From NCBI RefSeq assembly GCF_006345805.1, contig NC_043003.1:72106001-72170000 (forward strand): DNA of 64,000 nucleotides. The letters run 5' to 3'. The position numbers were made by a program, and so were the translations under genes. Numbering within the stretch: position 1 is the first letter of the stretch; the number at the start of each line of letters is the position of its first letter. Positions 26,212 through 39,340 of this stretch are shown here, piece by piece. Source of the stretch: Octopus sinensis. Lineage: Eukaryota. The notes under the pieces are model-generated. The model searched no databases and was not told the origin of the DNA. It saw only the letters and a program-made list of their open reading frames with translations.

Positions 26212-27833
26212 CAGTTGCGGCCAAAATGTTCAGAACGGCATTGTTTTCGTCAGAAAAGTAAGTATAAGTTTTTATTAAAGTTGTTTTATATTCTATAATT
26301 TTCACAGACAATAAATTCAATATCAATTGGTATTGTTTGAGATGTTGGTGTAATTTGAGTGAATAATACAAAATTTATGGATGATATAGTGATTACTGCA
26401 AAACCCATATGGTGGCCAAAATGATCAGAACTGTTGAAAAATAACAAAATAATCAATAAGTGACAGAGAATGCTGGAATTATTTCATATTTAGTGTGAAG
26501 CTCTTTAGCTTCAATCAAAGTTTGAAATGTTTGACTGCATGGGGAAACTAAATTTTCAATTTCTTGCTGGGTGATCTTATTTCTTTTCTTCCTGAATTCT
26601 TCCATAATTGCTCGGTTGTTTTAGGATTTCTGGCTTTCAAACGTTCTCCTAGAATATTCCACACATTTTCAATAGGATTGAGGTCTGGGCTTTGAGCAGG
26701 CCAATCCATAGCAATAACCTTTTCAGCCTTGAGGAAGTTCATGACCACCTTAGCCTTGTGACATAGGGCATTGTCCCGCATGAAAAGGGGTGGTCGCTTA
26801 CTTGAATTTCTCAACACTGGCAAGACATGATCTTTTACAAGTTGTTTATAAACTCCTGCATTTACCTTTCCATGTAATCGCAGCAAAGGGCCCACAACAT
26901 CTCCAGATATCATCCCCCAAACCATGACACTTCCTCCACCGAGTTTAACACTAGTCTTAAGGCATTTAGGTGACAATTTTTCACCTGCTTTTCGACGAAC
27001 CTACCTTTTCCCATCTGAGCCAAATAACATAGACTTAGATTCATCACTGAAATGCACCGTTTGCCATTTTTCTTGAGACCACCTTTTATTCTTGGAGCTG
27101 ATCAATGGCACCTTTTATTCTTGGAGCTGATCAATGGCTTCACTGCAGGTGCTCTTGCTTGTAGGTCATGTTCAACTAAACGACGAGACACAGTTTTTCG
27201 AGATAAAGTTTTCTTCAGTACAATGCTCATTTCCCGAAAAACAGCAACAGCAGTTTTAAATCTGTCCTTTTTAACCAACTTTACCATAGTACGATCTTCT
27301 CTCTTGGTCGTTTTTCTTGGCCTACCTGTAGACTTTCTTGCTTCACACGAACTACAATCATCGTAGACCTTAAGAATACCGTGAACAACACTTTTTGACT
27401 TGTTAATAATCTTTGCAATAGACATAATACTTAAATTATCCTTCTTTCGAAGCTTAATAATCTGCTGACGAATTGGTAACGGAGTAAGTGGCATTATATT
27501 AACAAAGTACACTGCAGATATTCTTACTGTTTAGTAAACGAATTGTCACGTAAACAAATTCAAAACATTAGAGTTCGACGGTTAAATATACTAAAACATG
27601 GAGTAAAAGCAACCGGTCTGATCATTTTGGCCGCCATGGGTTTTGCAGTAAATCACTAAATCATCCATAACCTTTTTATTATCCTCTCAAATTACACCAA
27701 AATCTCAGGCAATAACAAATAATATCGTATTTATTGTCTGTGAAACTTATAGAATATAAAACGACTTTGATGAAAACTTATACCTACTTTTCTGACGAAA
27801 ACAATGGCGTTCTGAACATTTTGGCCGCAACTG
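26212..27833 (-). mobile_element. Full-length Tc1 (DD34E) element with long IR/DR-type TIRs of about 220 bp, about 1620 bp total
   Basis: Ends CAGTTGCGGCCAAAATGTTCAGAAC on both strands; inner repeats GGCCAAAATGATCAGA at about 26411-26431 and 27616-27635; inserted in (TA)n. Confidence 0.95.
26548..27494 (-). pseudogene. Tc1 transposase pseudogene
   Basis: GRPRKTT, FSDESK, GGGSVMVWG, FMRDNALCH and WPAQSPDLNPIENVW motifs; frameshifts include a 29-bp tandem duplication at 27080-27137. Confidence 0.9.
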
Positions 27834-27904
27834 TATATATATATATCCATATCTGAATATATGTATGTATGTATGTATAATCAACTCAAGCCAAGTAATT
27901 CCTT

Positions 27905-28106
27905 CTAATTTTGACAGAAGGCCTGTAATTTTAAGTGAATGTTTCAGTCGATTACATCGACTCAGTGTTTCACTGGTACTACTTTATCGAACTCGATGGG
28001 ATGAAAAGCAGAATCAATCTGGCGGCATCTGAACTCAGAACGTTAAGACTGACGAATTGCCACAAATTGTTTTGTTTTGCATATTAAAGACTCTAGTAGC
28101 TCACCT
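27905..28106 (-). mobile_element. SINE family C, old copy
   Basis: Reverse-complement match to the family C core and tail. Confidence 0.65.
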
Positions 28107-28209
28107 CCTTCGGTCAAACCAAATAACACATTTTTTCATTGGATTCAATATGCACGTTTCATCAATAGATGAAAAGGGAAGTACATCTATTACGCAAAAT
28201 TCTTATCAG

Positions 28210-28575
28210 TTAAGACATAACAATATACATGAGGCAGAAATTACTGCAACCCTAAATAATAAAACAACAGATAAGAATACCTATACTGGATTATGTGAAG
28301 GAGAATTTAAAAATCGCTATGCCAATCACATAGCCTTCTTCTGACATAAGGACAAAAGCAAAGCTACTAAATTGGATAGCTACGTATGGGGTTTGAAAAA
28401 TAAAGAAACATGTGACTTAGAGGAAATTGATTGAGAAATTCGTACCTTATGTTGATAGATCGAATAAATGTAGGCTTTGTTTAGCTGAAAGAGCACAGAT
28501 CCTGTTCAGATCTAAGATCCCTAACTCTCTATTGAACTCTAGGTCTGAAATTTTCAGTGATTGCAAGCATATTCC
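28210..28575 (+). mobile_element. Penelope-like GIY-YIG endonuclease fragment
   Basis: IHEAEIT..YTGLCEGEFKNRYANH..YVWGLK..KCRLCLAE..LLNSRSEIFSDCKH. Confidence 0.7.
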
Positions 28576-31500
28576 TGATTAACTAGTTGATGTCTTTCCA
28601 GTCTTAGTTCTTTTATATTTGTTGCGGAACTATGTGAAACGTACGTAGTAAATGCATTCAAAATATTTTTACTTGATTTGACTTCATTATTATACATTAT
28701 ACGATTCTATGCCAGAACAAGCTACCTAGCTTCATTCACATGGATACAATGACTAGGATTTGGAGTGGTTTGTTCTATTCGACTCGAGTCGGAAATTCTG
28801 ATAACGTGCACATCTTTTAATCATAGCACGAATATGTAAGCATGCATGTCTGTCTGTCTGTATGTATGTCGGGAGAGAGAGGGAGAGGGAGGGAGAGAGA
28901 GAGGGAGAGAGAAAGGGAGAGAGTGAGTGTAATAAATAGATATAGGTATATATATCCATATGTATACACTCACTCTCATACACACGCGCACAAGCGCCGC
29001 TCCACACATACACACAGAGTGTACTGCTCCGCTATTGGAAAGATTGCGGTATAGTACAGGGCACACTAAACAAGCTCGTCCGATTACTGTACTCTCGGAG
29101 TATGAAACTTATAGTAACTCACGTTTAAATCTTGTTTTTAATAAATTGTGTGTGTGTGTGCGCGCGTACGTGTGTGTGATCAAGGGTGATCTTTTATGAT
29201 GTGTATCATTATGTGCGCTTTGTGTCTTTGTCTCTGTGTTTGTGTGTGCGTATGTATGTATATGCTTGTGTGTGTGTCATAATTTTTAGCAGCAATGTAG
29301 CCTTCCCCTTGGTCCCATCCTCTCACCCTATTGTGCTGATGCTGTCCTAAGACCCGAAAAAAAGATATAATACAGTTCCTGTATGTGTGTTCGCTTACGG
29401 TGTTGCCATCGTGTTAGTTGTTGCTCTTGTTATTGCCACCGTTGTTACCGGAGACAACTGGAGACGATATTTCCTGGGGCTAAATAGCAGTAAAATTTGT
29501 CCTAAACCATGACTGCCGCGTTATGTTGGCAAATAATCATTAATCTAAAGTACTATTACTGAATGTCTCTCGTTGGGAGATTTACAAAAAGAAACTTTCT
29601 ATTTTATTAAATCAGTGTCAGTGTATCACTTTGAAAACTATATATTTTGAACAAGATTTTAACAGCACCACCTCTTACATATGTGTCGATGAAGGGAAAT
29701 AACCCAGAAATCGCGATACGCAGATATTGTTTCGTGCTGAGTGTAACATGTAATAGCAGTAACATTCGTCCTAAATCAGGACTGTCACGTTGTGTCGGCA
29801 AATAATGTTTAATGATACTGAATGATTTTCGTTGAGAGATTTACAAACAGAAATTTTCTATTGTGTGTGTGTGTGTGCATAAGAAAACAGATGGAAATAT
29901 GTGTACCCAAAAGAAATATTACGCAGTCGATTTCTCTTTTCAGAATTCGCGTAGCCTCGGAAACATCAGAAATTTTCTTACAGGGCCTGAGAGAAAGATT
30001 GCCCCCACTTCTCTAACATATATAGTAAAATTTGAAAATGACAAAGTGAAATTTGTGCTCTTCCCACACCAAATTTATCGATAGTATATCAGTAATTAAT
30101 AATACGAAATTAAACTGGATTTGTAATTGGGATTGTCCTTTTAACTATTCAGGTAGCAATGGCACCCCTATGTCAACTGCGAATATAGAATCTCAATTAA
30201 CTCAACAACTGCGTCCTCTAATACAATAAATAATGACTATATAAATGTTCAGTGACAATACCAGCGATAAAGTACATTACTATATAAGTGCTACTGTCAT
30301 CCTAATACATATTTAGATACATATTCATGTACATTCCTTAAACAATAAATGTAAAGCATTTAGAACATCGTTAGATAAATTTAGTTGGGATCTCAAAATG
30401 AAGAATATTAGTTATTGTATATTATTGTCTATTGTAAGTACTGCGTTTCCATACAGAGGGAATAGGAGAGCTGCAATTTATATTTTACAGAGGTGCTAGA
30501 AATCCTTAAATGTAAGACTAATCTTATTAACAAACTCAGTAATTGACTCGTTGTTCCCATAAATTCTATACATGTTTAAAAATTTCGATTAACTAAGATG
30601 AATTAAATACTGCTAAGGATAACGTCCTTATTCTTCGTGCTGACTGTAGCTTTCTCACTGGCGACTCTATATAATGCCCTCCATGTCTAGAGACATTTCG
30701 CTTTAATAAAGTCTCACTCAACTAATCAATTTATTTAGTTCAGTTGTATGTGATCTAAGCATCTATGACCACAATCATATCGATCCCTTATAATTTATTA
30801 CTTTGTCTTTTATACTTTTCCTCCCTTATGTTTAATTGACTAATTTCTGCTATGGAAACTAGTATCTAATATGGTGTTACTTTTGTAATTTAGTCTGAAG
30901 AAATTATCTAAATAGAACTCTCATTTAATATCGTTTGGATTTAGATAATTCAAATGTTTGAACCATCATGCTGTTTAATGTAAAGATTTTCTACGGAATA
31001 TTGAAACAATCTTCACTGATTAAAATATAATACCATCATCTTCATTCATTTCTTTGTTTACTATATCCTGTACCTTTATTTTAGTACATTGTTCTTATCT
31101 TTAATTTTTAAGTTTTATTTGCATGTTGGTATTTTTGCTGTATATTTTTTATTATCCTATTAAAGGCATTATTCTAAAAATATACAATAGTATACTGCCG
31201 CCTATTTGAGCCTTTTTGGTTGTACTTCTAACTTCTTATCTCACTTCAGTATGTATACAATAAATTTGTTGTTCTTGTCCTGTCATTGTTTGTGGCTCCA
31301 GTTATTTAACGTTGAGGAACGAATAAGATAATCTGTCTCTATAGTTTCCCTACACGAGTGAATTTCTGATAACGCAACAATCTGTTATTTGTAATTTATT
31401 TCTTTATCTTCCATACCCTTCCCCCATTATCATATTTAATAAACTAATTTTTGCAATGAAAATAAGCACCTAGTTCAGTGTTACCTTTGTAACTTGGTCT

Positions 31501-31835
31501 GAAGAAAGGCTTAGTTGAACTTTCAGTTAATATCTTAAGGGTTTATGTAATATTTGAATGTATAACCTATCATGTAGATTGATATATAAAAATAATTCTT
31601 TTGTCTATTGAAACGATCATCAATTAATAATGTAATACGGCAATCTTCATTCTGTTGCTTACTATATCTGAGTGTTTGGGTGTGTGTATATATATATATA
31701 TATAATATATATATATATATATTATATATATATATATATATATAAAGGGAAAGTTTATGAAAATAAACAAAAGACGAAGGTAGGTGGTGTACAAACAAAC
31801 AGATGTATTAGTATAGCGCTCAGGAATAGAAAAAA

Positions 31836-31875
31836 GTCTTTTACGTTTCGAGTCTACGCTCTTCTACAGAAAGGT
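31836..31875 (-). ncRNA. Minimal hammerhead-like motif (variant core) within a short repeat at about 31740-31935
   Basis: CTTT-CTGTAGA-a-GAG-cgtaga-CTC-GAAA-CG-TA-AAAG; stem I CTTT/AAAG; core has A6 to U. Confidence 0.5.
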
Positions 31876-31932
31876 ACACAGAAAAAACAAGGAGAGAAAA
31901 AAATGTGTGTAGTAGCTAATGATCTATCATGA

Positions 31933-31968
<36 letters not shown>

Positions 31969-32361
31969 AAGTTTGCAAACGCCACTATATAAGATAAATT
32001 TTAATTTTCTGAGAGATTTTACATGTTTCGGTTCTCCTTGAAAAAACGAACCTTATCAAAAATATATATTTTTAAAAGTGTAATAAAAGAAAAGTTCATA
32101 ATTATTTCTTACAAGTTTCAATAGAGTCCACGTGGTAGTGTTTCATGTGTGGGAACATAATGGCTGTCTTTTTGTGTTGACAAGACTCGTTGGCTATTGT
32201 AATGAAGGTGATCGTTAGTTGTAATAGAAGTAGTAGTAGTAGTGGAGCTGACCACTGATCGTAATAGCAGCAGTAGCAGAGACCGTTGGTCGTCGTAGTA
32301 GTGGAAGTGACCGTAAAATGTGTATATACACACACACACACACACGTGAAGCTGCGTTGTT

Positions 32362-32598
32362 TAGTGTTTAAGGTATTCGAATCGCGATCGTAAGATCGTG
32401 AGTTCAATTCACGGCGATGCGTTGTGTCCTTGAGCAAGACACTTTATTTCACGTTACACCAGTCCACTCACCTGGCAAATATGAGTATTTTTTGTATTTC
32501 AAAGGGTCAGCCTTATCACACTGAAGCTTTCTGAGAACTACGTTAAGGGTATGCGTGTCTGTGGAGTGCTTAACCGCATGCACATTAATTTCACGAGT
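32362..32598 (+). mobile_element. SINE family B, 3'-truncated
   Basis: GAGTTCAATTC B-box and GTTGTGTCCTTGAGCAAGACACTTTATTTCACG core. Confidence 0.75.
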
Positions 32599-32726
32599 AC
32601 TCCTGCTTTCAAATCCCACTTTATCTATCTCTCTCCATTTCTGGTCAGTTATTTTCCCGTTATGTAAAGAGACACGTGCTTTTATCGGGCTGTTTCTTTC
32701 CTTCTCTCTAGACGTTTTCCTCTTTT

Positions 32727-32765
32727 CTGTTTCTGACGAAGAGACATGCTCGAAACGCTCACACC
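32727..32765 (+). ncRNA. Minimal hammerhead-like motif, degenerate cleavage triplet
   Basis: CTGACGA-a-GAG-acatg-CTC-GAAA-CG; stem I and triplet poorly conserved. Confidence 0.45.
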
Positions 32766-32850
32766 CTCTTCTTTCCATCTTAATTCACTGTGCGCGTCCT
32801 TTTAACTTTTATTGTTTTTGTTATTTTCGATCTTGATTTGCCTATATAAG

Positions 32851-32886
<36 letters not shown>

Positions 32887-33222
32887 TAAATTTGACCTCA
32901 AAGTATGGAGAGGTTTCCTATGAAGGGAAAGGGGATTTTCAGGCTCAATATGGAGAGATTAAGGAGTTAAGACATGGGGATAATATATAGCGTTTAACCA
33001 TTTTGTGTGGGTGGAAATTATGACGGTAGGAATGTTGGTTGGTGTAGATGTTATTATTATTACTCCCTATTGAGCATCGAACATTGTTGATTTTTAAAAA
33101 TCCCCCCCCCACAACAATACACACATTCCTTGTTTTGTCATGTACTGTCCATGTTTTTCTTAATGTAAACTTTCGTGGTTAATAAAGAAATCATTATTAT
33201 TATGATTGAGTGATTATTATTA

Positions 33223-33283
<61 letters not shown>

Positions 33284-33302
33284 CATTATTATTATTATTA
33301 AA

Positions 33303-33505
33303 GTGGCGAGATGGCAGAACCGTTAGCACGCCGGGCAAAATGCTTGGAAGCATTTCGTCTGTCCTTTCGTTCAGATTCCGTCGCGGTCGACTTTGCCTTT
33401 CTTCCTTTCGGAGTCGATAAATTAAGTACCAGTTAAGTACTGAAGTCGATGTGATCAACTGTCCATCTCTCCACAAAATCCAGGCCTTGTATCTTTATTA
33501 AAAAG
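33303..33505 (+). mobile_element. SINE family C flanked by (ATT)n
   Basis: Family C head and core. Confidence 0.8.
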
Positions 33506-33679
33506 GATTATTGTTGTTGTTGTTATTATTATTATTATTATTATTATCATCATCATCATTTTAAAAAGGATTGACGTAATTCTTTTAGATTTCTATAATT
33601 TTGAATTTTTATCACTTCTCATTTTGAACTTGACAAATTCAGACTTACTTTTGAAATATCGTTTAACCAATAAAATATC

Positions 33680-34554
33680 TGTAACGGTTGGTTCTTAGGA
33701 AGGCTGCAAGTCGGGGGTCACCAGTTGTAACGGCTAGTATTTGTAATGATAAAGTTTTTTGTTGAAGTCGAGGGTCACCAGTTGTAACGGCAGAAATTGG
33801 TTTGGTAAACATTATTATGATGTGTCGAAGTCAACAGTTGTGATGATAAGAATTTGTTGTTATGACGACAAGTTGTAAGATGTGAAAGATGGAACAATGC
33901 ATGAAGTTTTAAGAAAGTATTTATTTACCGTTACGTTACAAATGCCTTGCCTCGATGGGCAGGTTTTGATACATCTAAAAGCATGCTAAGTAAAGTTTGA
34001 GTTTGGGTTCTCTTCATTGTTTAGTAGTAATTGCTGAGACAGATAGAATGATGTAAGAGAACAGAATTAGAGCTAGAGAGAATAGTAGGGTGTTGTCTCA
34101 CAGCTGCTGACAGTAATTTTCATTTCTCTCGCTGACCATTATATTTAGTAGCGGTATTCCTTGTGATCATGATTCTAGCAGTCCATTCCCTAATTGAGTC
34201 GTCACGATATGACGAACTTGGTTGAGTCGCTGGTGACTAACTGATTTTTGATTAGGATGTGCTTGCTTATAATATAGATCCAGAAGGATGGATATATCAT
34301 TGAGAACTATAGATTTAGTTGGTGGTCTTGTTATCTCTATTCTAGCTTTTGGTGAAGTTGAAGAAGTTAGAAAGAGTCAAGTGGTGAAGACATTATTTCG
34401 GCCTAGCTAAAGGCATCTGGAAAATGTAAAACTGCTGTCAGAGAAAAACCCTTGTTCCACCATGGGAACAGTTCTGTTGCAGTGTTAATTTAATATTGGC
34501 TAGGGTGGATCGAATCCACTTCATGCATGCAAGATCCACTACATAACTATTACA
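33680..34554. mobile_element. Candidate solo LTR of about 875 bp
   Basis: TGTAAC...TTACA termini around a complex, microsatellite-free tract; only a 3-bp flank match (ATC), no convincing TSD. Confidence 0.3.
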
Positions 34555-34638
34555 ATCGAATCGCGCTCTTCGTCTTGACTATTATTATTATTATGATTAT
34601 TATTATTATATTATTATTATTATCATCATCATTATCAA

Positions 34639-34819
34639 GGCGGTGAGCTGGCAGAATCGTTAGCACCCCGGGTGAAATGCTTAGCGGCATTTCGTCCGCC
34701 CTTGTGTTCTGAACTCAAATTCCGCAGACGTCGACGTTGCCTTTCATCCTTTCGGGGTCGATAAATTAAGTACCAGTTGTGTACTGGGGTCGATGTAATC
34801 GACTTGCCACTTCCCCCAA

Positions 34820-34822
<3 letters not shown>
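34639..34822 (+). mobile_element. SINE family C flanked by (ATT/ATC)n
   Basis: Well-preserved family C head and core. Confidence 0.85.
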
Positions 34823-34863
<41 letters not shown>

Positions 34864-34873
34864 TATTATTATA

Positions 34874-35480
34874 TGAAATCTCACAGTTTATTTTGCTGAT
34901 TATGATGAACAGTGTCAGCTGTCCACAGCCAGCAGACTAACGATGTGCCATACCGTTTCACCCCTCACACCACACATTCTGCATTTGTCGCTATTGTTAG
35001 TGTTGTCAATTCTGCACTTCATATAATTGGTCCTTAACGTTTTTTCTTGAGCTGCGCATATGAGTGCTTCTGTCTCTATCTTCAACCACCAATTCTCTGT
35101 ATTTGTCTTGGCGTACACATCGCTTGCAAACTGGCCGTACAATTTCTTTTTATTCCATGCTTTTTTTTTGTTCATTTCTTGTTTAAATTTTTCTTTAGTT
35201 ACACAATTTTCAGTTTTGATGACGCCGGCCTTCTTCGTGAGTTTCAACAATGACTCCACGGCTTTTTTTACACACTACTCGAAGCTATTTTCCTCTGCTT
35301 CAACACAGTCTTGGCAACTGATCAAACCTCTCCCACTTTTTCTTATGCACAAGTACAGCATATCGGTGTCAGTCTTAAGTGGAAGGCTCCGTGTACTGTC
35401 AACATTTTTCTGGTCTTGGTATCCATTTTCTTTATTTCTCGCTTTTGCCATTTTATAATTCTCCATTTTCTTCATTTATC
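34874..35480 (-). mobile_element. R4/Dong-like LINE fragment
   Basis: LYLCIRKSGRGLISCQDCVE, ETEALICAAQEKTLRTNY and DKCRMCGVRGETVWHIVS; sense-strand (TAA)n 3' flank. Confidence 0.8.
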
Positions 35481-35816
35481 TCTTTTGCCATTTTATAATT
35501 CAGTAATAATAATACGTCTGCTCATGATGAGAGATGCAAATATCGTCAGCCACTAAGAGACATGCTCAACTGGCTATGGTCAAATATCTGGCGAGCAAAT
35601 TCTGTGGTATTGAGCAGAATATTTGCTGTAGCCCATCTTTTATACTAAGACAAAACAATGTACTTGATAACACTTCCAATCAGTTAAGATCAGAAGCCAT
35701 GAGAGCCACTGCCTGGTACTGCATCAGGGCATTTATTATTATTATCATCATCATCATCATCATCATCATTATCATCATTATTATTATTAGTAGTAGTAGT
35801 GGTGGTGGTGGTGGTG

Positions 35817-35864
<48 letters not shown>

Positions 35865-36080
35865 AGGTGGCGCACTGGTGGAACCGTTACCACACCGGCC
35901 AAAATGCATAGCATCATTCCTTTTAGTTCTTTCCGTTTTCGGTTCAAATGCTGCAGGTGTTGGCTTTGTGTTTCTTCGTTTCGGGGTTGATTAAATGATA
36001 ACTTCTTGAGTACTTGGTGAATGAATCCGACTCCATCTTCTCCACAAATTGCTGACCTTATGCCAAACTTAGGAATCATT
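35865..36080 (+). mobile_element. SINE family C, old copy after a compound trinucleotide array
   Basis: Diverged family C head and core. Confidence 0.6.
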
Positions 36081-36224
36081 TATTATTGTTACTAATTTTA
36101 ATATGTCTTGTGTGAGGCGAGACCCTAAAGTCCTTTCTTTTTTTATTTACTTTTCTCCATCCCTTCACATTCCTCTCCTATAGTCTCTTGCATCCTCTCT
36201 TTTTCTCCTACTCATATACTGTAT

Positions 36225-36760
<536 letters not shown>

Positions 36761-36976
36761 ATAGATATGCAAGGTCCGAGTGTTTCGTGCGTTGGCAAAG
36801 TGCCAAATGACGAAACTCTCGAATCTTCAGTTAGTCTGTTGCTTCTCCTAAATATTAATAAAGATATACATATAGTCATATTTTGAGTTTTAGTTTTCCT
36901 GTTTACATCAACATACCTGTACATACACACAATACATACATACATTCATACATGCATTCATATATATATACATACA

Positions 36977-37922
36977 TTACATTATTATGGCTGCCCCCTC
37001 GTTATCGAGTATGGCCATTGTACGAAGCTTAATTGTTACTGGTGCTGTGATCGAATGTGACTTTTTAGCCCAGCTAAAGATCTACAATGTCTTGTACAAA
37101 ATTGGCAACTAAGACCTTTACTGGTAATAGCCGGCTGTAGTTGTAACTGGGCTTCATGTACCTTTGCATGTCGTTTAAGTCCTCCTGCCGAATTACACTC
37201 TCTTCCACATGCCCGACAGATATGATTAGTATGGTGTGTTACACCACCACCAGTGGCCAGGTTGTCACTCATCTGTCTCGTTTTATGACTACGAAGATGA
37301 CTCATGAGTCCAGCTTTACTGAGGCAGGGTCTTGCACAGACATTGCATGTCAGAATCAAAGGAAGACCTTCTTCTTGAAGTGTAACAGCGATGCCCTTCC
37401 TGACATCCCCCCTTACTTTCTCATGTGCAACTCGAGATTTCTCAAACGTGGCTGTCCCCTCATGCACATTCCTTCTCCACCTGCTACGATCAATTGCTAT
37501 GCCTTCCCATGTGTCAGCAGAGATGCAAGCATCTCTTAGGAAGCTTCAGCAAGTCCTTATACCTCTTTTTTGGTTTATGTGGAGGTCGTTCTCCTTTAGC
37601 TAACTCTCCATAAAAGAGTTATTTTGGCATCCTTGAATCCTTCATTCTGACCAGATGACCACTCCATCTGAGCCTTTGCTTTAACACAAGGCTTCTATAC
37701 TTACACACACCGAGAGCCTTCGAGTATTTCAAGATCACTGATGTGTCCTTCCACTTAATGCTATAGATCCGTCTGAGGCACATCTGATGGAAACGTTCCA
37801 GATGTTTAAGGTGGTATCGATATGTGACCCACGTCTCGCAGGCATAGAGAAGAGAAGGGAGCACACATGCCTTGTACACCTTTATCTTTGTCTTTCTGCA
37901 TATGTCTCGCCGACTCCAGAGA
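36977..37922 (-). mobile_element. 5'-truncated RTE-clade LINE with three C-terminal C2H2 zinc fingers
   Basis: TKIKVYKACVLPSLLYACETW, RLRWSGHLVRM.DSRMPK and HKPKKRYKD; three C-x2-C-x12-H-x3/4-H fingers; short 3' UTR ending in (TAA). Confidence 0.9.
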
Positions 37923-38193
37923 CATACATACATACATACATACATACATACATACGTACATCCATCCATCCATCCATACATACATACATACCATACATAC
38001 ATACATATATATAGGTAGACAGGTAGGTAAATGGATATGTAAATAAACAGATAAATACATAGGCAATTAGATACATAGGTACGTAGGTAATACCGACAGA
38101 CAATCACACACGCACGCATACACGCAAACACATGAATATGCAGAATACATACATACATACATACATACATACATACATACATACATACATACA

Positions 38194-38224
<31 letters not shown>

Positions 38225-38447
38225 GTGCATACAGAAGCACACATGCACGCTGACGCACACACATGCGCACAACCAGACCGAAAGGAACTCAACTCCAATA
38301 ACAGACAGAGTCAACATCCATTGACAAGGTTGCAACAGCAACGAACATTTTGGAAGAAAAATATAAATAACAAATAAGTGGAAATCGAACTGGACAATAT
38401 TACTCTCCCTAGACGCAACATAAATACATATACATTTATATATATAC

Positions 38448-38836
38448 ACTAGTAGTATCCCCCGGCGTTGCTCGGGTTTGTAAGGGAAATAACTATATAA
38501 GGATTTTTAGAGATGTAAAGTATAATAGCCATCTCAATATGGCTAACCACAAAGGGGGGTGTTACCGTAGCTTTTTACGTTCTGAGATTTAATAATACAT
38601 TTTTAGAGAGTTACTTCCCTTATATAATAGCAAAAAATGCATTAAAAATGGGAAAAAATGATGGTATTTTTTTTTTATCGTAGACTCATCGCAGACGCAC
38701 GCTAATACCCAGAAGGGCTCGATATGAATCACGACTATAAGATACCCGCTTTTGGTTACACTGCACCGCAAAATGTGGAAGTAGTTAGGAATCTAAATCG
38801 TAGGAGACAGACACACAACTTCACTTTTATATAAAG
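38448..38836 (+). mobile_element. Non-autonomous Helitron/Helentron-like element, copy 1
   Basis: 5' ACTAG..CCCGGCGTTGCTCGGG hairpin; 3' ..GACAGACACACAACTTCACTTTTATATA; homologous to the adjacent copy 2. Confidence 0.55.
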
Positions 38837-39340
38837 CTAGCAGTATCGCCCGGCGTTGCTCGGTTTGTAAGGGAAATAACTATATAAGCATTTTTAGAGA
38901 GTTACTTCCCTTATAAATTCAGGCTTTCTTAGCCATTTTTGTTTTGGTATCTTCAAGCCATGAAGTCGTTGTTCTAAAAGAACGCTGGTTTCCTTCACAA
39001 CGCATTACGACGTTGATTTCTTTACACTCCCTTCCCCACAGCTTCACGAGGAGGGAAGGGGAGAAGCAAACAGGTGCAGCTGTGAGCGTGGACGCCAACT
39101 CCGCCGCCCATCGACACACGATGCATTTTATGCATTAAAATGGAATAAAAAATGATGTTAAATTATTTTTAAAATTGTAGACTCATCGTTGACGCGCGCT
39201 AATAGTCAGACGGGCTCGATATGAATCACGACTATAAGATACCCGGTTTTGGTTAAACTGCACCGCAAAATGTGGGAGGAGTTAGGAATCTAAATCGAAG
39301 GGGACAGACACTCACACAACTAGAGTTTTATATATATAGA
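38837..39340 (+). mobile_element. Non-autonomous Helitron/Helentron-like element, copy 2 (head-to-tail)
   Basis: Starts CTAGCAGTATCGCCCGGCGTTGCTCGG directly after copy 1; shares the TAGACTCATCG..GGGCTCGATATGAATCACGACTATAAGATACCC block. Confidence 0.55.

Noticed and set aside
33215-36080. Idea that SINE family C is mobilised by the Dong elements because both sit in AAT-type microsatellites
   Set aside because: Strand sense disagrees: Dong copies have sense (TAA)n, while SINE C copies have sense (ATT)n flanks. No shared 3' tail was seen.
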